From positions 4,543-68,542 of the forward strand of contig WBUF01000008.1 in the NCBI GenBank assembly GCA_008933825.1: a stretch of 64,000 bases of DNA, given 5' to 3'. This document shows positions 33,736-50,438 of this stretch, piece by piece. Below the pieces are notes generated by a model. That model was not told where the DNA came from, searched no databases, and saw only the letters and a program-made list of their open reading frames with translations. This DNA is from Rhodocyclaceae bacterium (GTDB lineage: Bacteria > Pseudomonadota > Gammaproteobacteria > Burkholderiales > Rhodocyclaceae). The translations under genes and the position numbers were made by a program. Positions within the stretch are counted from its first letter, which is position 1; every line of letters starts with the position of its first letter.

Positions 33736-35385
33736 ATGTTGCGACGCATTCACATCCGCGACTACGTCATCGTCGATATCCTGGAACTGGAATTCGCCCC
33801 GGGCTTCGGCGCCCTGACGGGCGAGACAGGTGCGGGGAAGTCGATCCTGGTTGACGCCCTTTCACTGGCGCTGGGCGAGCGGGCCGACCCGTCTTCGGTG
33901 CGCAGCGGCTGCGACAAGGCCGAGATCAGCGCCGAGTTCGCCGTTGCGGCCGGCAGCCCGCTGGCCGTTTGGCTGCGCGCCAGTGATTTCGAGGACGACG
34001 CCTGCCTGCTGCGCCGCGTGATCGAGTCGAACGGGCGCTCGCGCGGCTACATCAACGGCGTGCCGGCGACGCTGGGCCAAATGCGCGAGACGGCCGATTT
34101 CCTGGCCGACATCCATGGCCAGCACGCTCACCACAGCCTGTTGCGCGCGGACACCCAGCGCCGTTTGCTCGACGGCTTGGCTGGCCAGGAGCCTCTGGCA
34201 GGGGCGGTGGCGTCACTCCACACGGCTTGGCGCAAGGCGAAAGAGGCGCGCCTCGCAGCCGAGAAAAATGCCGAGGCGAATGCACGCGAGCGCGAGATGC
34301 TGGCCTGGCAGGCGAAAGAAGTGACCGGGCTCGGCTTCGATGCCGACGCCTGGGCCGAGACGGCAATCGAGCACAAGCGGCTTGCCCATGCCGCCTCGCT
34401 GCAGACGGGCGTCGAGGAGGCGCTGGAGGGACTGTCCGAAGGCGAGCGCGCCGCGATGTGGCAGGTCGAACGCATCGGCGCCCGGCTGCGCCAGCTGGTC
34501 GATTACGATCCTTCGCTGAAGGAGGCGCTGGAAGTCGTCGCGAGCGCCCAGATTCAGCTGCAGGAGGCGGCACATGCCCTGCGCCATTACCGTGAGCGCA
34601 TCGATGTCGATCCGGCGCGCCTCGGCGAAGTCGAGCTCCACATGCGGGCAGTGCACGACGCCGCCCGCAAATACCGCGTCCAGCCGGACGAGCTGCCGAG
34701 GCTGCTGGCCGCATGGGGCGCGCGCCTGATCGAACTGGATACCCTCCAGGATGCCGTCGCGCTGGCCGAACGCGAGGCGCAGGCCCGGCAGGCGTATCTT
34801 GTCCAGGCGGAACGGCTCAGCAAGGGACGCCGCAAATCCGCGGCGTCTCTTGGCAAGGCCGTGAGCGAGGCCATGCAGCAACTGGCCATGCCGGGCGGAC
34901 GGTTCGAGGTTGCAATCGAGAAGCTGCCGGAAGGCGCCGCCCACGGCCTGGAGAATGTCGAGTTTCGCGTCAGCGCGCATGCCGGCCAGCCTCTCGGCAC
35001 GCTGTCCCGGGTTGCCTCTGGCGGAGAGCTTTCGCGCATTGGCCTGGCTATCCAGGTGATCGCCTCGGCGGCGGGCAATGTGCCGACCCTGGTCTTCGAC
35101 GAGGTGGATGTCGGCATCGGCGGCGGCGTGGCCGAGATCGTCGGACGCCTGCTCAAGCAGCTCGGCGGCGAGCGCCAGGTGCTGTGCGTGACGCATCTGC
35201 CACAGGTGGCGGCGCAGGCCGACTGGCAGTGGACCATCGCCAAGGAGGAGGCGGGCAAGGGCGTCGTCAGCCGCGTCACGCCGCTCGACCGCGACGGCCG
35301 CATCGAGGAGATCGCCCGCATGCTGGGCGGCATGAAGATCACGCCGACCACCCGCAAGCATGCGGCGGAAATGCTCGGCTACTGA
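33736..35385 (+). CDS. recN: DNA repair protein RecN
   Basis: TGETGAGKS, IHGQH, ASGGELSR, FDEVDVGIGG and VTHLPQVAA motifs. Confidence 0.97.
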   Translation: MLRRIHIRDYVIVDILELEFAPGFGALTGETGAGKSILVDALSLALGERADPSSVRSGCDKAEISAEFAVAAGSPLAVWLRASDFEDDACLLRRVIESNGRSRGYINGVPATLGQMRETADFLADIHGQHAHHSLLRADTQRRLLDGLAGQEPLAGAVASLHTAWRKAKEARLAAEKNAEANAREREMLAWQAKEVTGLGFDADAWAETAIEHKRLAHAASLQTGVEEALEGLSEGERAAMWQVERIGARLRQLVDYDPSLKEALEVVASAQIQLQEAAHALRHYRERIDVDPARLGEVELHMRAVHDAARKYRVQPDELPRLLAAWGARLIELDTLQDAVALAEREAQARQAYLVQAERLSKGRRKSAASLGKAVSEAMQQLAMPGGRFEVAIEKLPEGAAHGLENVEFRVSAHAGQPLGTLSRVASGGELSRIGLAIQVIASAAGNVPTLVFDEVDVGIGGGVAEIVGRLLKQLGGERQVLCVTHLPQVAAQADWQWTIAKEEAGKGVVSRVTPLDRDGRIEEIARMLGGMKITPTTRKHAAEMLGY

Positions 35386-35948
35386 ACCAGGTTTGGCATG
35401 CCGAACATCGTCACGAGCCCCGTGACGATGAACACTCCTGCCGCAGCGATGCGGATCGCCTTCATCGGCAGCTTCTGTGCCAGCGCCTCGCCCACCAGCA
35501 CCGCCGGGATGTTGGCGATCAGCATGCCCAGCGTCGTGCCGATCACCACCGCGGCCAGCATGTCGAAGCGCGCGCCCAGCGCCACCGTCGCCAGTTGCGT
35601 CTTGTCGCCCATCTCGGCGATGAAGAAGGCGACGGCGGCGGTGACGAAGGCGCCGGCCCGATGCAGCTTCGGATCGTCATCGAGCGAGTCCGGATGCAGC
35701 GTCCACAGGCCGAAGCCGATGAAGAGCAGCCCGGTGGCCCAGGGCAGCACCTGAGGCGAGGCCAGGCTTGCCAGCCAGACCCCGACCGAGCCGGCCAACG
35801 CGTGGTTGAGGAAGGTGGCAGCGAAAATGCCGAGAATGATCGCCCCCGGCTTCCTCAGTCGCGCGGCGAGAACGAAGGACAGCAGCTGTGTCTTGTCGCC
35901 GATCTCGGCCAGTGCGACGAGCACGGTCGACGTCAGGAAGGCGTCCAT
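35379..35948 (-). CDS. TMEM165/GDT1 (UPF0016, MneA-like) cation exporter
   Basis: Two E-x-G-D-K-T-Q motifs (AEIGDKTQ, AEMGDKTQ). Confidence 0.93.
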   Translation of the reverse strand: MDAFLTSTVLVALAEIGDKTQLLSFVLAARLRKPGAIILGIFAATFLNHALAGSVGVWLASLASPQVLPWATGLLFIGFGLWTLHPDSLDDDPKLHRAGAFVTAAVAFFIAEMGDKTQLATVALGARFDMLAAVVIGTTLGMLIANIPAVLVGEALAQKLPMKAIRIAAAGVFIVTGLVTMFGMPNLVQ

Positions 35949-35965
35949 GGCTTGGCTGGCCGGCG

Positions 35966-36406
35966 CTACTGCTTCTTGTTCGGGCAGTTCGGCTTGATGC
36001 AGTCGGCGTAAATGTGCAGCGCGTGCTCATGCATCTGGAAGCCGCGCTCCTTGGCAATTTTTTTCTGGCGTTTCTCGATTTCGGGATCGTAGAACTCCTC
36101 CACCTTGCCGCACTGCAGGCAGACGAGGTGGTCGTGGTGCTTGCCCTCGTTCAGTTCGAACACCGCTTTGCCGGACTCGAAGTAATGCCGTTCGAGCAGC
36201 CCGGCCTGCTCGAACTGCGTTAGCACCCGATAGACCGTCGCCAGGCCGATATCCATGCCTTCGGCAACCAGGGCAAGATAGACTTCTTCGGCCGTCATGT
36301 GACGGCTGCCGGTATCCGCATGGGCCTTCTGGAACAGGTCGAGAATCTTCAGGCGCGGGAAGGTCGCCTTGAGGCCCATGCTTTTCAGATCCTGCGAATT
36401 GCTCAT
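35966..36406 (-). CDS. fur: Ferric uptake regulator
   Basis: [24 protein letters not shown] and HHDHLVC..CG motifs. Divergent from bamE. Confidence 0.95.
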   Translation of the reverse strand: MSNSQDLKSMGLKATFPRLKILDLFQKAHADTGSRHMTAEEVYLALVAEGMDIGLATVYRVLTQFEQAGLLERHYFESGKAVFELNEGKHHDHLVCLQCGKVEEFYDPEIEKRQKKIAKERGFQMHEHALHIYADCIKPNCPNKKQ

Positions 36407-36424
36407 GGCGGCGGGGAGTCGGGA

Positions 36425-36443
36425 GAAAATGATCATTATGATA
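36425..36443. promoter_or_regulatory. Fur box-like site in the fur/bamE intergenic region
   Basis: gaaaatgatcattatgata matches 14 of 19 positions of GATAATGATAATCATTATC. Confidence 0.55.
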
Positions 36444-36486
36444 TAGTCTCGCGCGTTCGTTGAGAAACCCCGGCCTTTGATTCCGC

Positions 36487-36990
36487 ATGCGACTCCTGCG
36501 CACCCTGCCTCTCCTTTTGCCGCTGGCGGCCTGCTCGAACATGCAGATGCCCGACGTGGCCTCCGCCGTCACGCCCTATCGCATCGACATCCGCCAGGGC
36601 AACTATGTCACGCAGGAGATGGTGGCCCAGCTGAAGCCCGGCATGACTCGCGACCAGGTGCGTTTCATCCTCGGCACGCCGCTGGTGGCGGACATCTTTC
36701 ATGCCGACCGCTGGGATTACATCTACAGCTTCAAGCCCGGCCGTGGCGAGTTGCAGTTGCGCCGCTTCGCCGTTTTTTTCGAGGACAACAGGCTGGCGCG
36801 GGTTGCCGGCGACGTGGTCGGCGCCGAGCCGGGCGAGACGGAAGCGGCAGCGACCGCGGCCGCCTCGGCGCGTGCGCGCGTGATCGAGATTGCGCCAATG
36901 GCGGAAAAGCAGGAGGCCAAAGAAGGCGACAAGCCAGCGGAAGCCGCAGCCAGGCCCGCGGACGGGGCGCCTCCCGTCGAGAAGCAGTAA
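36487..36990 (+). CDS. bamE: Outer membrane assembly lipoprotein BamE (OmlA/SmpA)
   Basis: Lipobox [27 protein letters not shown] and RWDY motifs. Confidence 0.94.
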   Translation: MRLLRTLPLLLPLAACSNMQMPDVASAVTPYRIDIRQGNYVTQEMVAQLKPGMTRDQVRFILGTPLVADIFHADRWDYIYSFKPGRGELQLRRFAVFFEDNRLARVAGDVVGAEPGETEAAATAAASARARVIEIAPMAEKQEAKEGDKPAEAAARPADGAPPVEKQ

Positions 36991-37025
36991 GCAGCGCCGG
37001 GCGTCCTGTCCGGCGCAGCGAATAA

Positions 37026-37838
<813 letters not shown>

Positions 37839-37841
37839 AGA

Positions 37842-37917
37842 TTGCAGACCGAGCGGTTTCTGAGGTAGACTTCGAAAGTTTTATCCCGAGCGGGAGGGGC
37901 CGGCAGCCCGTCCCGCT
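37842..37917 (+). promoter_or_regulatory. carA promoter and leader: TTGCAG-N18-TAGACT, GTTTT start region, GC hairpin
   Basis: -35 at 37842, -10 at 37866, G at 37878 followed by TTTT, and hairpin agcggga...tcccgct at 37889-37917. Confidence 0.55.
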
Positions 37918-37994
37918 TCGCATATCTACAACAATCCGCAGCGCGCCCGGTCATCGCCTTGGCACGCCTGCGCAGTGCCGACAGGAGCGCTTAA

Positions 37995-39123
37995 GTGTCT
38001 GATTTTCCGAAAGCCATCCTCGCCTTAGCGGATGGGACGGTATTTCGCGGAATCGGCATTGGCGCCACGGGTTCCAGCGTCGGCGAGGTGGTGTTCAACA
38101 CCGCCATGACCGGCTATCAGGAGATCCTCACCGACCCCTCCTACTGCCGGCAGATCGTCACCCTGACCTATCCCCACATCGGCAACACGGGCATCAACCG
38201 CGAGGACTGCGAAGCCTCCAAGGTGCATGCCGCCGGCCTGGTGATTCGCGACCTGCCGCTGCTGGCCTCCAACTTCCGCAGCGAACGGACCCTGACCGAT
38301 TACCTCAAGGCCGAGAACGTCGTCGCCATCGCCGGCATCGACACGCGCAAGCTGACGCGCATTCTGCGCGAAAAGGGCGCCCAGAGCGGCTGCCTGGCCA
38401 CCGGCGAGATCGACGAGGAAAAGTCAGTCGCCGCAGCACGGCGCTTCCCAGGCCTGGCCGGCATGGACCTGGCCAAGGTGGTGAGCACCGAAACGTCCTA
38501 CGCCTGGACCGAAGGCGAATGGGCGCTCGGCAGGGGCTACGTCACGCCAGCGTCCGCACATTTCCGTGTCGTCGCCTTCGACTACGGCGTCAAGCGCAAC
38601 ATCCTGCGCATGCTGGCGAGCCGCGGTTGCCGCGTTACCGTGCTGCCGGCGCAGGCGCAGGCCTCCGAGGCGCTGGCACTGAATCCGGACGGGGTGTTTC
38701 TTTCCAACGGTCCGGGCGACCCCGAGCCTTGCGGTTACGCCATCGCCGCCATCCGCGAGATCCTCGCGCGCGGCATTCCGACCTTCGGCATCTGCCTCGG
38801 GCATCAGCTGCTGGGCCTGGCCTCCGGCGCAAAGACGATGAAAATGAAATTCGGCCACCACGGCGCCAACCATCCGGTGAAGGACCTCGATTCGGGCCAG
38901 GTGCTGATCACCAGCCAGAACCACGGCTTCGCCGTCGATGCCGCCACCTTGCCGACCAATCTGCGCATGACCCATGTCTCGCTCTTCGACGGCAGCCTGC
39001 AGGGCATGGTGCGCACCGACGTGCCGGCCTTCTGCTTCCAGGGCCACCCCGAGGCCAGCCCCGGGCCGCACGATCTGGCCTACCTGTTCGACCGTTTCAT
39101 CGGGATGATGGAGCAGCGCAAGC

Positions 39124-39131
<8 letters not shown>
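37995..39131 (+). CDS. carA: Carbamoyl-phosphate synthase small subunit
   Basis: [28 protein letters not shown] and [10 protein letters not shown] motifs. Confidence 0.97.
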
Positions 39132-42330
<3,199 letters not shown>

Positions 42331-42335
42331 GCAGC

Positions 42336-42812
42336 ATGAGCAAAGTCCCCATCACGAAAGCCGGCGCCGAGATGCTGCGCCAGGAGTTGCACCGGCTGAA
42401 GACGGTCGACCGTCCCAACGTGGTCAGCGCCATCGCCGAGGCGCGCGCCCACGGCGACCTGTCCGAGAACGCCGAATACGCCGCGGCGCGCGAGCGTCAG
42501 GGCTTCATCGAGGGGCGCATCCAGGAAATCGAGGGCAAGCTCGGCAACGCCCAGATCATCGACCCGAAACTGCTCGATGCCGACGGCCGCTGTGTCTTCG
42601 GCGCCACGGTCGATCTCGAGGACCAGGAATCCGGCGCCCAGGTCACCTACCAGATCGTCGGCGAAGACGAGGCCGACCTGAAGAACAACAAGATATCCAT
42701 TTCCTCGCCCATCGCGCGCGCCCTCATCGGCAAGTATGCCGGAGACATCGCCGAGGTGAAGGCGCCCGGAGGCACGCGCGAGTACGAGATTCTCGACGTC
42801 CGCTACGTGTGA
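42336..42812 (+). CDS. greA: Transcription elongation factor GreA
   Basis: [11 protein letters not shown] and [10 protein letters not shown] motifs. Confidence 0.97.
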   Translation: MSKVPITKAGAEMLRQELHRLKTVDRPNVVSAIAEARAHGDLSENAEYAAARERQGFIEGRIQEIEGKLGNAQIIDPKLLDADGRCVFGATVDLEDQESGAQVTYQIVGEDEADLKNNKISISSPIARALIGKYAGDIAEVKAPGGTREYEILDVRYV

Positions 42813-43166
42813 CTATTTGCCCGGACGCCGCCGCGGGCTGGCGGGTGTGGCTGCTTTCCTGGGTTTGGGCTGCGGCTGTGCCGGCTTCGCATTGTCCGGA
42901 TTTTTCCTGAACACCACGAGGATATTGCCGATATGCTGCACGGGGGCGGCCTCCAGTCGTGTACAGATATCGACGAGGAGCGCTGTGCGCCCCCCGCGTT
43001 CGGTACCATAGACGCGCACCTTGATCAGTTCGTGGGCCTTGAGGCCACGGTCGATTTCGGCGAGGACGGCGTCGGTGAGGCCGTTCTGGCTGATGCTGGC
43101 GACTGGCTTGAGGCCGTGGGCGCGGGCGCGCAGGGCGCGCCGCTGTGAAGAGCTCAGTTCGATCAT
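42813..43166 (-). CDS. yhbY: YhbY/CRM-domain RNA-binding protein
   Basis: [15 protein letters not shown] and VQHIG..LV.FR motifs. Divergent from rlmE. Confidence 0.9.
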   Translation of the reverse strand: MIELSSSQRRALRARAHGLKPVASISQNGLTDAVLAEIDRGLKAHELIKVRVYGTERGGRTALLVDICTRLEAAPVQHIGNILVVFRKNPDNAKPAQPQPKPRKAATPASPRRRPGK

Positions 43167-43182
43167 TGCCGGATTCTACGCG

Positions 43183-43806
43183 TTGAAAAAGCACAAGACC
43201 AGCAAGGCCTGGATGCGTGAGCATGTCACCGATCCCTTTGTCCAGCGGGCAAAGGCGGAAGGTTGGCACTCGCGCGCCGCCTTCAAGCTGATGGAGATCG
43301 ACGACAGGGACCGTCTTTTGAGGCCGGGCATGGTGGTGGTTGATCTCGGGGCCGCGCCAGGCGGCTGGTCCCAGGTGGCGGCGGAGCGGGCCGGCAGCGG
43401 CGGCGGCAGAGTGCTCGCGCTCGACCTGCTCGACATGGTGCCGGTGGCCGGAGTGGAGTTCGTCAAGGGTGATTTCCGCGAGGACGCCGTACTGTGGGAA
43501 CTGACTTTTCGCCTGGGCGGGCGCCCGGTCGACCTTGTGATCTCCGACATGGCCCCCAATATCTCGGGTATCGCTGCCACGGACCAGGCACGTTCGGTTC
43601 ATCTGGCCGAACTGGCGCTCGAATTTTCTGCCCGGCATCTGAAACCCGGCGGCGATTTCCTGGTCAAGGTGTTTCAGGGCGAGGGGTTCGATGCCTTTCG
43701 CAAGGCGATGGGGGCGGTTTTCGGGAAGGTCGCGGTGCGCAAGCCGAAATCCTCGCGCGGCCGCAGCAACGAGGTGTACCTGCTGGGCCGGGAATGCCGT
43801 CCCTAG
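43183..43806 (+). CDS. rlmE: 23S rRNA U2552 2'-O-methyltransferase
   Basis: [27 protein letters not shown] and KPKSSR..S.EVY motifs. TTG start inferred. Confidence 0.95.
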   Translation: MKKHKTSKAWMREHVTDPFVQRAKAEGWHSRAAFKLMEIDDRDRLLRPGMVVVDLGAAPGGWSQVAAERAGSGGGRVLALDLLDMVPVAGVEFVKGDFREDAVLWELTFRLGGRPVDLVISDMAPNISGIAATDQARSVHLAELALEFSARHLKPGGDFLVKVFQGEGFDAFRKAMGAVFGKVAVRKPKSSRGRSNEVYLLGRECRP

Positions 43807-43912
43807 CAGCCTGTCGGCTGTAGGGGAAAACTCGGCCGGTTTGCGCAGCAGGGGAGTCGGCCGTAGAATGCATGAATATCGATGGGCCCCTGACGGGCCG
43901 TAGAGGAAGCGC

Positions 43913-45793
<1,881 letters not shown>

Positions 45794-45847
45794 GCCGAGA
45801 CTGAACGACCGATAGCCGGATCGGGCGACCGATCCAGCCACTGTTTC

Positions 45848-46681
45848 ATGGCCCCTGAACTGCATTGCGGCAATTACCGCCTGTCCCTCGAGCGTCCGCT
45901 CATCATGGGCATCGTCAACGTCACGCCGGATTCGTTTTCCGACGGCGGGCGTCATTTCGATGCCGCGCAGGCCGTTGCCCATGCGCGGCAACTGGTCGAG
46001 GCGGGCGCCGACATACTTGATATCGGCGGCGAATCTTCGCGGCCTGGCGCGCAACCCGTTTCCGAAGAAGAAGAGTTGCGCCGGATTGTGCCGGTCGTCG
46101 AGGCTCTGGCCGAACTGAGGGTGCCACTTTCCATTGATACCGTGAAACCGCAGGTGATGCGCCGCACCATCGCTGCCGGCGCCTCGCTCATCAACGACAT
46201 TGCCGCGCTGCAGGCGCCGGGGGCGCTGCGGGCCGTGGCCGATTCAGGCGCTGCCGTCTGCCTGATGCACATGCAGGGCGAGCCGCGCACCATGCAAGGC
46301 GACCCGCGCTACGGCGACGTGGTGGCGGAAGTGCATGACTTTCTCGCCCAGCGCGTTGCCGTGGCGCAGGCCGCCGGAATCGGGCGCGAGCGCATCGTCG
46401 TCGACCCCGGCTTCGGTTTTGGCAAGCGGCTCGAACACAACCTCGCCCTGCTGCGGGCGCTGGCGCGTTTCGGCGACCTGGGCGCCGGCGTGCTGGCCGG
46501 CCTGTCGCGCAAATCCATGCTGGGCGAGATTACCGGAAGAAAAGTCGGTCTGCGCGAGACGGCAAGCGCCACCGCGGCGCTGCTGGCAGCACGGAATGGG
46601 GCTAGAATCCTGCGCGTTCATGATGTGGCCGCCACCCGGGACGCCCTGGCCGTATGGGCGGCCGTCGAAGGAACGAGGTAA
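45848..46681 (+). CDS. folP: Dihydropteroate synthase
   Basis: [37 protein letters not shown] and RVHDV motifs. Confidence 0.97.
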   Translation: MAPELHCGNYRLSLERPLIMGIVNVTPDSFSDGGRHFDAAQAVAHARQLVEAGADILDIGGESSRPGAQPVSEEEELRRIVPVVEALAELRVPLSIDTVKPQVMRRTIAAGASLINDIAALQAPGALRAVADSGAAVCLMHMQGEPRTMQGDPRYGDVVAEVHDFLAQRVAVAQAAGIGRERIVVDPGFGFGKRLEHNLALLRALARFGDLGAGVLAGLSRKSMLGEITGRKVGLRETASATAALLAARNGARILRVHDVAATRDALAVWAAVEGTR

Positions 46682-46683
46682 GC

Positions 46684-48048
46684 ATGGGACGCAAGTATTT
46701 CGGCACGGACGGCGTGCGCGGCACGGTGGGCGAGGCGCCGATCACGCCCGATTTCGTCATGCGCCTGGGCTATGCCGCCGGCACCACCCTGGTGGCGCGC
46801 GAGCATCTGCGAGGTCACGCAAATGAGGGCGAGCATCCGGCGGTGCTGATCGGCAAGGACACGCGCATCTCCGGCTACCTGCTCGAGGCGGCGCTCGAAG
46901 CCGGCTTCGCCGCGGCGGGCGTCGATGTCATGCTGACCGGGCCGCTGCCGACCCCGGCCATCGCCTACCTGACCCGTGCCCTGCGCCTGCAGGCCGGCGT
47001 GGTCATTTCCGCCTCGCACAATCCCTATCCCGACAACGGCATCAAGTTTTTCTCTGCCGCCGGCACCAAGCTGCCCGACGCGGTGGAGGCGGAAATCGAA
47101 TCGCGCCTGGAGCAGCCGATGGGCTGCGCCGCGCCGGCGCGGCTTGGCAAGGCGCGCCGCATCGACGATGCGGCCGGCCGTTACATCGAATTCTGCAAAA
47201 GCACTTTTCCCGCCGAACTCGACCTGCGCGGCATGAAGATCGTGGTCGACTGCGCCCACGGCGCGGCCTACCACATTGCGCCGAAGGTGTTCCACGAGCT
47301 TGGCGCCGAGGTACAGGCCATCGGCGCCGAGCCGAACGGATTGAACATCAACGACCAGGTCGGCGCGACCGCGCCGCAGGCCTTGCAGCAGGCGGTGCTG
47401 GCGCAGGGCGCCGATCTGGGGATTGCCCTGGACGGCGATGGCGACCGCGTCATGATGGTGGATGCCCGGGGCCGGCTCTACGACGGCGATCAGCTGCTCT
47501 ACGTCATTGCCCGACAACGTCTTGCAAACGGCGGCCTGGCCGGCGTGGTCGGCACGCTGATGACCAATCTCGGCCTGGAGCACGCCCTGGCGAAGCTGGG
47601 TCTGCCCATCGTGCGCGCCAAGGTCGGCGACCGCTATGTGCTGGAGACGCTCATCGAGCGCGGCTGGAAGCTGGGCGGCGAGAACTCCGGCCACATCATC
47701 TGCCTCGACCGTCATACCACCGGCGACGGTATCGTGTCGGCGCTCCAGGTGCTGGCGGCGCTGCGGTTGCAGCACCTTGCCCTCGAACAGGCCTGCGCCG
47801 ACCTGACACTCTATCCGCAGACCCTGATCAATGTCAGGCTGCCGAGCGACTTCGACTGGCAGAAGCGCCCCGAGATCGAGTCGGCGCGCCGTACCGCCGA
47901 ACGGGAATTGGGCGGCAGCGGCCGCGTCCTGCTGCGCGCTTCCGGCACCGAGCCGCTGCTGCGCGTGATGGTCGAGGGCCGCGAGGCCCGGCAGGTGGCG
48001 GATCTGGCGCAGGACATCGCCGAAGTCGTGCAGCGCGCTGCATCGTGA
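46684..48048 (+). CDS. glmM: Phosphoglucosamine mutase
   Basis: [22 protein letters not shown] and [14 protein letters not shown] motifs. Confidence 0.97.
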   Translation: MGRKYFGTDGVRGTVGEAPITPDFVMRLGYAAGTTLVAREHLRGHANEGEHPAVLIGKDTRISGYLLEAALEAGFAAAGVDVMLTGPLPTPAIAYLTRALRLQAGVVISASHNPYPDNGIKFFSAAGTKLPDAVEAEIESRLEQPMGCAAPARLGKARRIDDAAGRYIEFCKSTFPAELDLRGMKIVVDCAHGAAYHIAPKVFHELGAEVQAIGAEPNGLNINDQVGATAPQALQQAVLAQGADLGIALDGDGDRVMMVDARGRLYDGDQLLYVIARQRLANGGLAGVVGTLMTNLGLEHALAKLGLPIVRAKVGDRYVLETLIERGWKLGGENSGHIICLDRHTTGDGIVSALQVLAALRLQHLALEQACADLTLYPQTLINVRLPSDFDWQKRPEIESARRTAERELGGSGRVLLRASGTEPLLRVMVEGREARQVADLAQDIAEVVQRAAS

Positions 48049-48101
48049 TTGATCGGCCTGCCGCCAGCACGGCCTTGGCGACAGGCTGGGCGGTATTTCA
48101 T

Positions 48102-48130
48102 TTGACCGGAAGGTGCCCAGAAGCTAAAAT
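48102..48130 (+). promoter_or_regulatory. Sigma70 promoter of tpiA
   Basis: TTGACC-N17-TAAAAT. Confidence 0.7.
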
Positions 48131-48165
48131 CTTGCGCTTTTGACGTACCGGGAACAGCGGAAATC

Positions 48166-48918
48166 ATGCGGCGCAAGCTGGTGGCGGGCAACTGGAAGAT
48201 GCATGGCGGCTTGGCCCGCAATCGCGATCTTCTGCAAAGCCTCGTGCAGGAAGCTGGCAAAGGCGGCGGATCCGACTGCGCTGTCTGCGTCCCGTTTCCC
48301 TATTTGGCCCAGGCTCAGGAGCAGCTGAAAGACACGGCCATCGCGTGGGGCGGCCAGACCCTCTCGGAGCATGCCCAGGGCGCCTATACCGGCGAAGTCA
48401 GCGCGGCCATGCTGGTCGATTTCGGCTGCCGCTACGTCATCGTCGGTCATTCGGAACGGCGCAGCCTGTATGGCGAGAACAACGAGACCGTGGCGGCGAA
48501 ATTCGTCGCGGCGGTGCAGGGCGGGCTGCAGCCGATCCTCTGCCTTGGCGAGACCCTCGATCAGCGCGAGGACAATGTTACCGAGCAGGTCATCGCCGCC
48601 CAGCTCGATGCCGTGCTGCAGGCGGCCGACATCAGCGGTTTTGCAAATGCGGTGATTGCCTACGAACCGGTGTGGGCCATCGGCACCGGCCGCACAGCCA
48701 CTCCGCAGCAGGCACAGGAAGTGCATGCCTTCATTCGGCAACGGATGGCCGGCAGCGATGCCGCTCTGGCCCAGCGGTTGCAAATTCTCTATGGTGGCAG
48801 CGTCAAGCCGCAAAATGCCGCCGAACTGTTCGGTATGGCCGACATTGACGGCGGCCTGATCGGCGGCGCTTCCCTGGTGGCGCAGGACTTTCTGGCGATC
48901 TGCCGGGCGGCGGGCTAA
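48166..48918 (+). CDS. tpiA: Triosephosphate isomerase
   Basis: AGNWKM, GHSERR, AYEPVWAIGTG and YGGSV motifs. Confidence 0.98.
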   Translation: MRRKLVAGNWKMHGGLARNRDLLQSLVQEAGKGGGSDCAVCVPFPYLAQAQEQLKDTAIAWGGQTLSEHAQGAYTGEVSAAMLVDFGCRYVIVGHSERRSLYGENNETVAAKFVAAVQGGLQPILCLGETLDQREDNVTEQVIAAQLDAVLQAADISGFANAVIAYEPVWAIGTGRTATPQQAQEVHAFIRQRMAGSDAALAQRLQILYGGSVKPQNAAELFGMADIDGGLIGGASLVAQDFLAICRAAG

Positions 48919-48935
48919 CTCGAAACGGACTGGCA

Positions 48936-49295
48936 ATGGACGGCATTCTCTTTCCCCTGATCCTCACGGTGCATATCCTGGTGGGTGCGGCCGTGATCGG
49001 GCTGGTTCTGCTGCAGCACGGCAAGGGAGCCGACATGGGTGCGGCTTTCGGCAGCGGCGCTTCGGGCAGCCTGTTTGGCGCCTCGGGCTCGGCCAACTTC
49101 CTGAGTCGCATGACGGCAGCCCTGGCGACGGTTTTTTTCCTGACCAGCCTTGGTTTGAGCTACATGGCGACGAATCGCAGCCAGGCGCCGGCCAGCGTCA
49201 TGGATCAGGTCAAGCCCCCGCCTGCCGCACCGGCGGAGCCGTCGCCGTCGCAACCGGCTGCGGCTGATTCGAAGGCGAAGGAAATTCCGAAGTAA
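48936..49295 (+). CDS. secG: Preprotein translocase subunit SecG
   Basis: VLLQHGKGADMGAAFGSGAS.SLFG motif. Confidence 0.96.
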   Translation: MDGILFPLILTVHILVGAAVIGLVLLQHGKGADMGAAFGSGASGSLFGASGSANFLSRMTAALATVFFLTSLGLSYMATNRSQAPASVMDQVKPPPAAPAEPSPSQPAAADSKAKEIPK

Positions 49296-49392
49296 GGGAT
49301 GTTGCGACGCAAAAACAGGTATAATTTTGTTTTGCGTCGTCATAAGGAAAAAGTGGCGCTGCCAGAGGCAACGGCAAAACCGCGGATTGCAT

Positions 49393-49477
49393 GCCGACGT
49401 GGTGAAATTGGTAGACACGCTATCTTGAGGGGGTAGTGGCGAAAGCCGTGTGAGTTCGAGTCTCACCGTCGGCACCA
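49393..49477 (+). tRNA. tRNA-Leu (GAG)
   Basis: Cloverleaf GCCGACG.../CGTCGGC-A-CCA, anticodon arm ctatc-ttGAGgg-ggtag, long variable arm and GTTCGA T-loop. Confidence 0.96.
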
Positions 49478-49562
49478 AAAAACCTCCGGGCCTGTGGCTG
49501 GCCCGATGTGCAGCAGGAACAAGGGCCCGGCGGACGGGTTGGCAAGTCCCTCCGCGCAGACT

Positions 49563-49937
49563 ATGCTGGAAAACTATTTTCCTGTTTTCGTTTTCATACT
49601 CGTCGGCTTGGCCTTCGGGTGTGCACCCATCTTCCTCGGCTGGCTGATCGCCCCCAACCGGCCCGACAGTGAAAAGCTGTCCCCATTCGAATGCGGCTTC
49701 GAGGCCTTCGAGGATGCGCGCATGAAGTTCGACGTGCGCTTCTACCTGATCGCCATCATCTTCATCCTGTTCGACTTGGAAATTGCCTTCCTTTTCCCCT
49801 GGGCGGTGATCTTCAAGGACATCGTGTCGTCGGAAGCCATGCGGCTGTTCGGCTTCATCGAGATGATGATCTTCATCGGCATCCTGGTACTCGGTTATGT
49901 ATATGCCTGGGCCAGGGGCGCGCTGGATTGGGAGTGA
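49563..49937 (+). CDS. nuoA: NADH-quinone oxidoreductase subunit A
   Basis: KLSPFECGF and [15 protein letters not shown] motifs. Confidence 0.96.
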   Translation: MLENYFPVFVFILVGLAFGCAPIFLGWLIAPNRPDSEKLSPFECGFEAFEDARMKFDVRFYLIAIIFILFDLEIAFLFPWAVIFKDIVSSEAMRLFGFIEMMIFIGILVLGYVYAWARGALDWE

Positions 49938-49944
49938 ACGAGCC

Positions 49945-50421
49945 GTGAGCATCGAAGGCGTTTTCGAAAAAGGCTTCGTCACCACCACCCTCGACACCGT
50001 CATCAACTGGACGCGCACCGGCTCGATGTGGCCGATGACCTTCGGCCTGGCCTGCTGTGCCGTCGAAATGATCCAGGCCGGCTGCTCGCGCTACGATCTG
50101 GATCGCTTCGGCATCGTTTTCCGGCCCAGTCCGCGCCAGTCCGACGTGATGATTGTCGCCGGCACGCTGACGAACAAGATGGCGCCGGCCCTGCGCAAGG
50201 TGTACGACCAGATGCCCGAGCCGCGCTGGGTGGTGTCGATGGGCTCCTGCGCCAATGGCGGCGGCTATTACCACTATTCCTATTCCGTCGTGCGCGGCTG
50301 CGATCGCATCGTGCCGGTCGACATCTACGTGCCGGGCTGCCCGCCGACGGCGGAGGCCCTGCTCTACGGCCTGATCCAGTTGCAGAACAAGATCAGGCGC
50401 ACCAGCACCATCGCACGCTGA
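49945..50421 (+). CDS. nuoB: NADH-quinone oxidoreductase subunit B
   Basis: [18 protein letters not shown] and VPGCPP motifs. Confidence 0.97.
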   Translation: MSIEGVFEKGFVTTTLDTVINWTRTGSMWPMTFGLACCAVEMIQAGCSRYDLDRFGIVFRPSPRQSDVMIVAGTLTNKMAPALRKVYDQMPEPRWVVSMGSCANGGGYYHYSYSVVRGCDRIVPVDIYVPGCPPTAEALLYGLIQLQNKIRRTSTIAR

Positions 50422-50438
50422 ATGAAGACGAGACCCCG

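Noticed and set aside
49393-49562. tRNA-Leu as an integration site
   Set aside because: No integrase or duplicated tRNA 3' end; nuoA follows directly.
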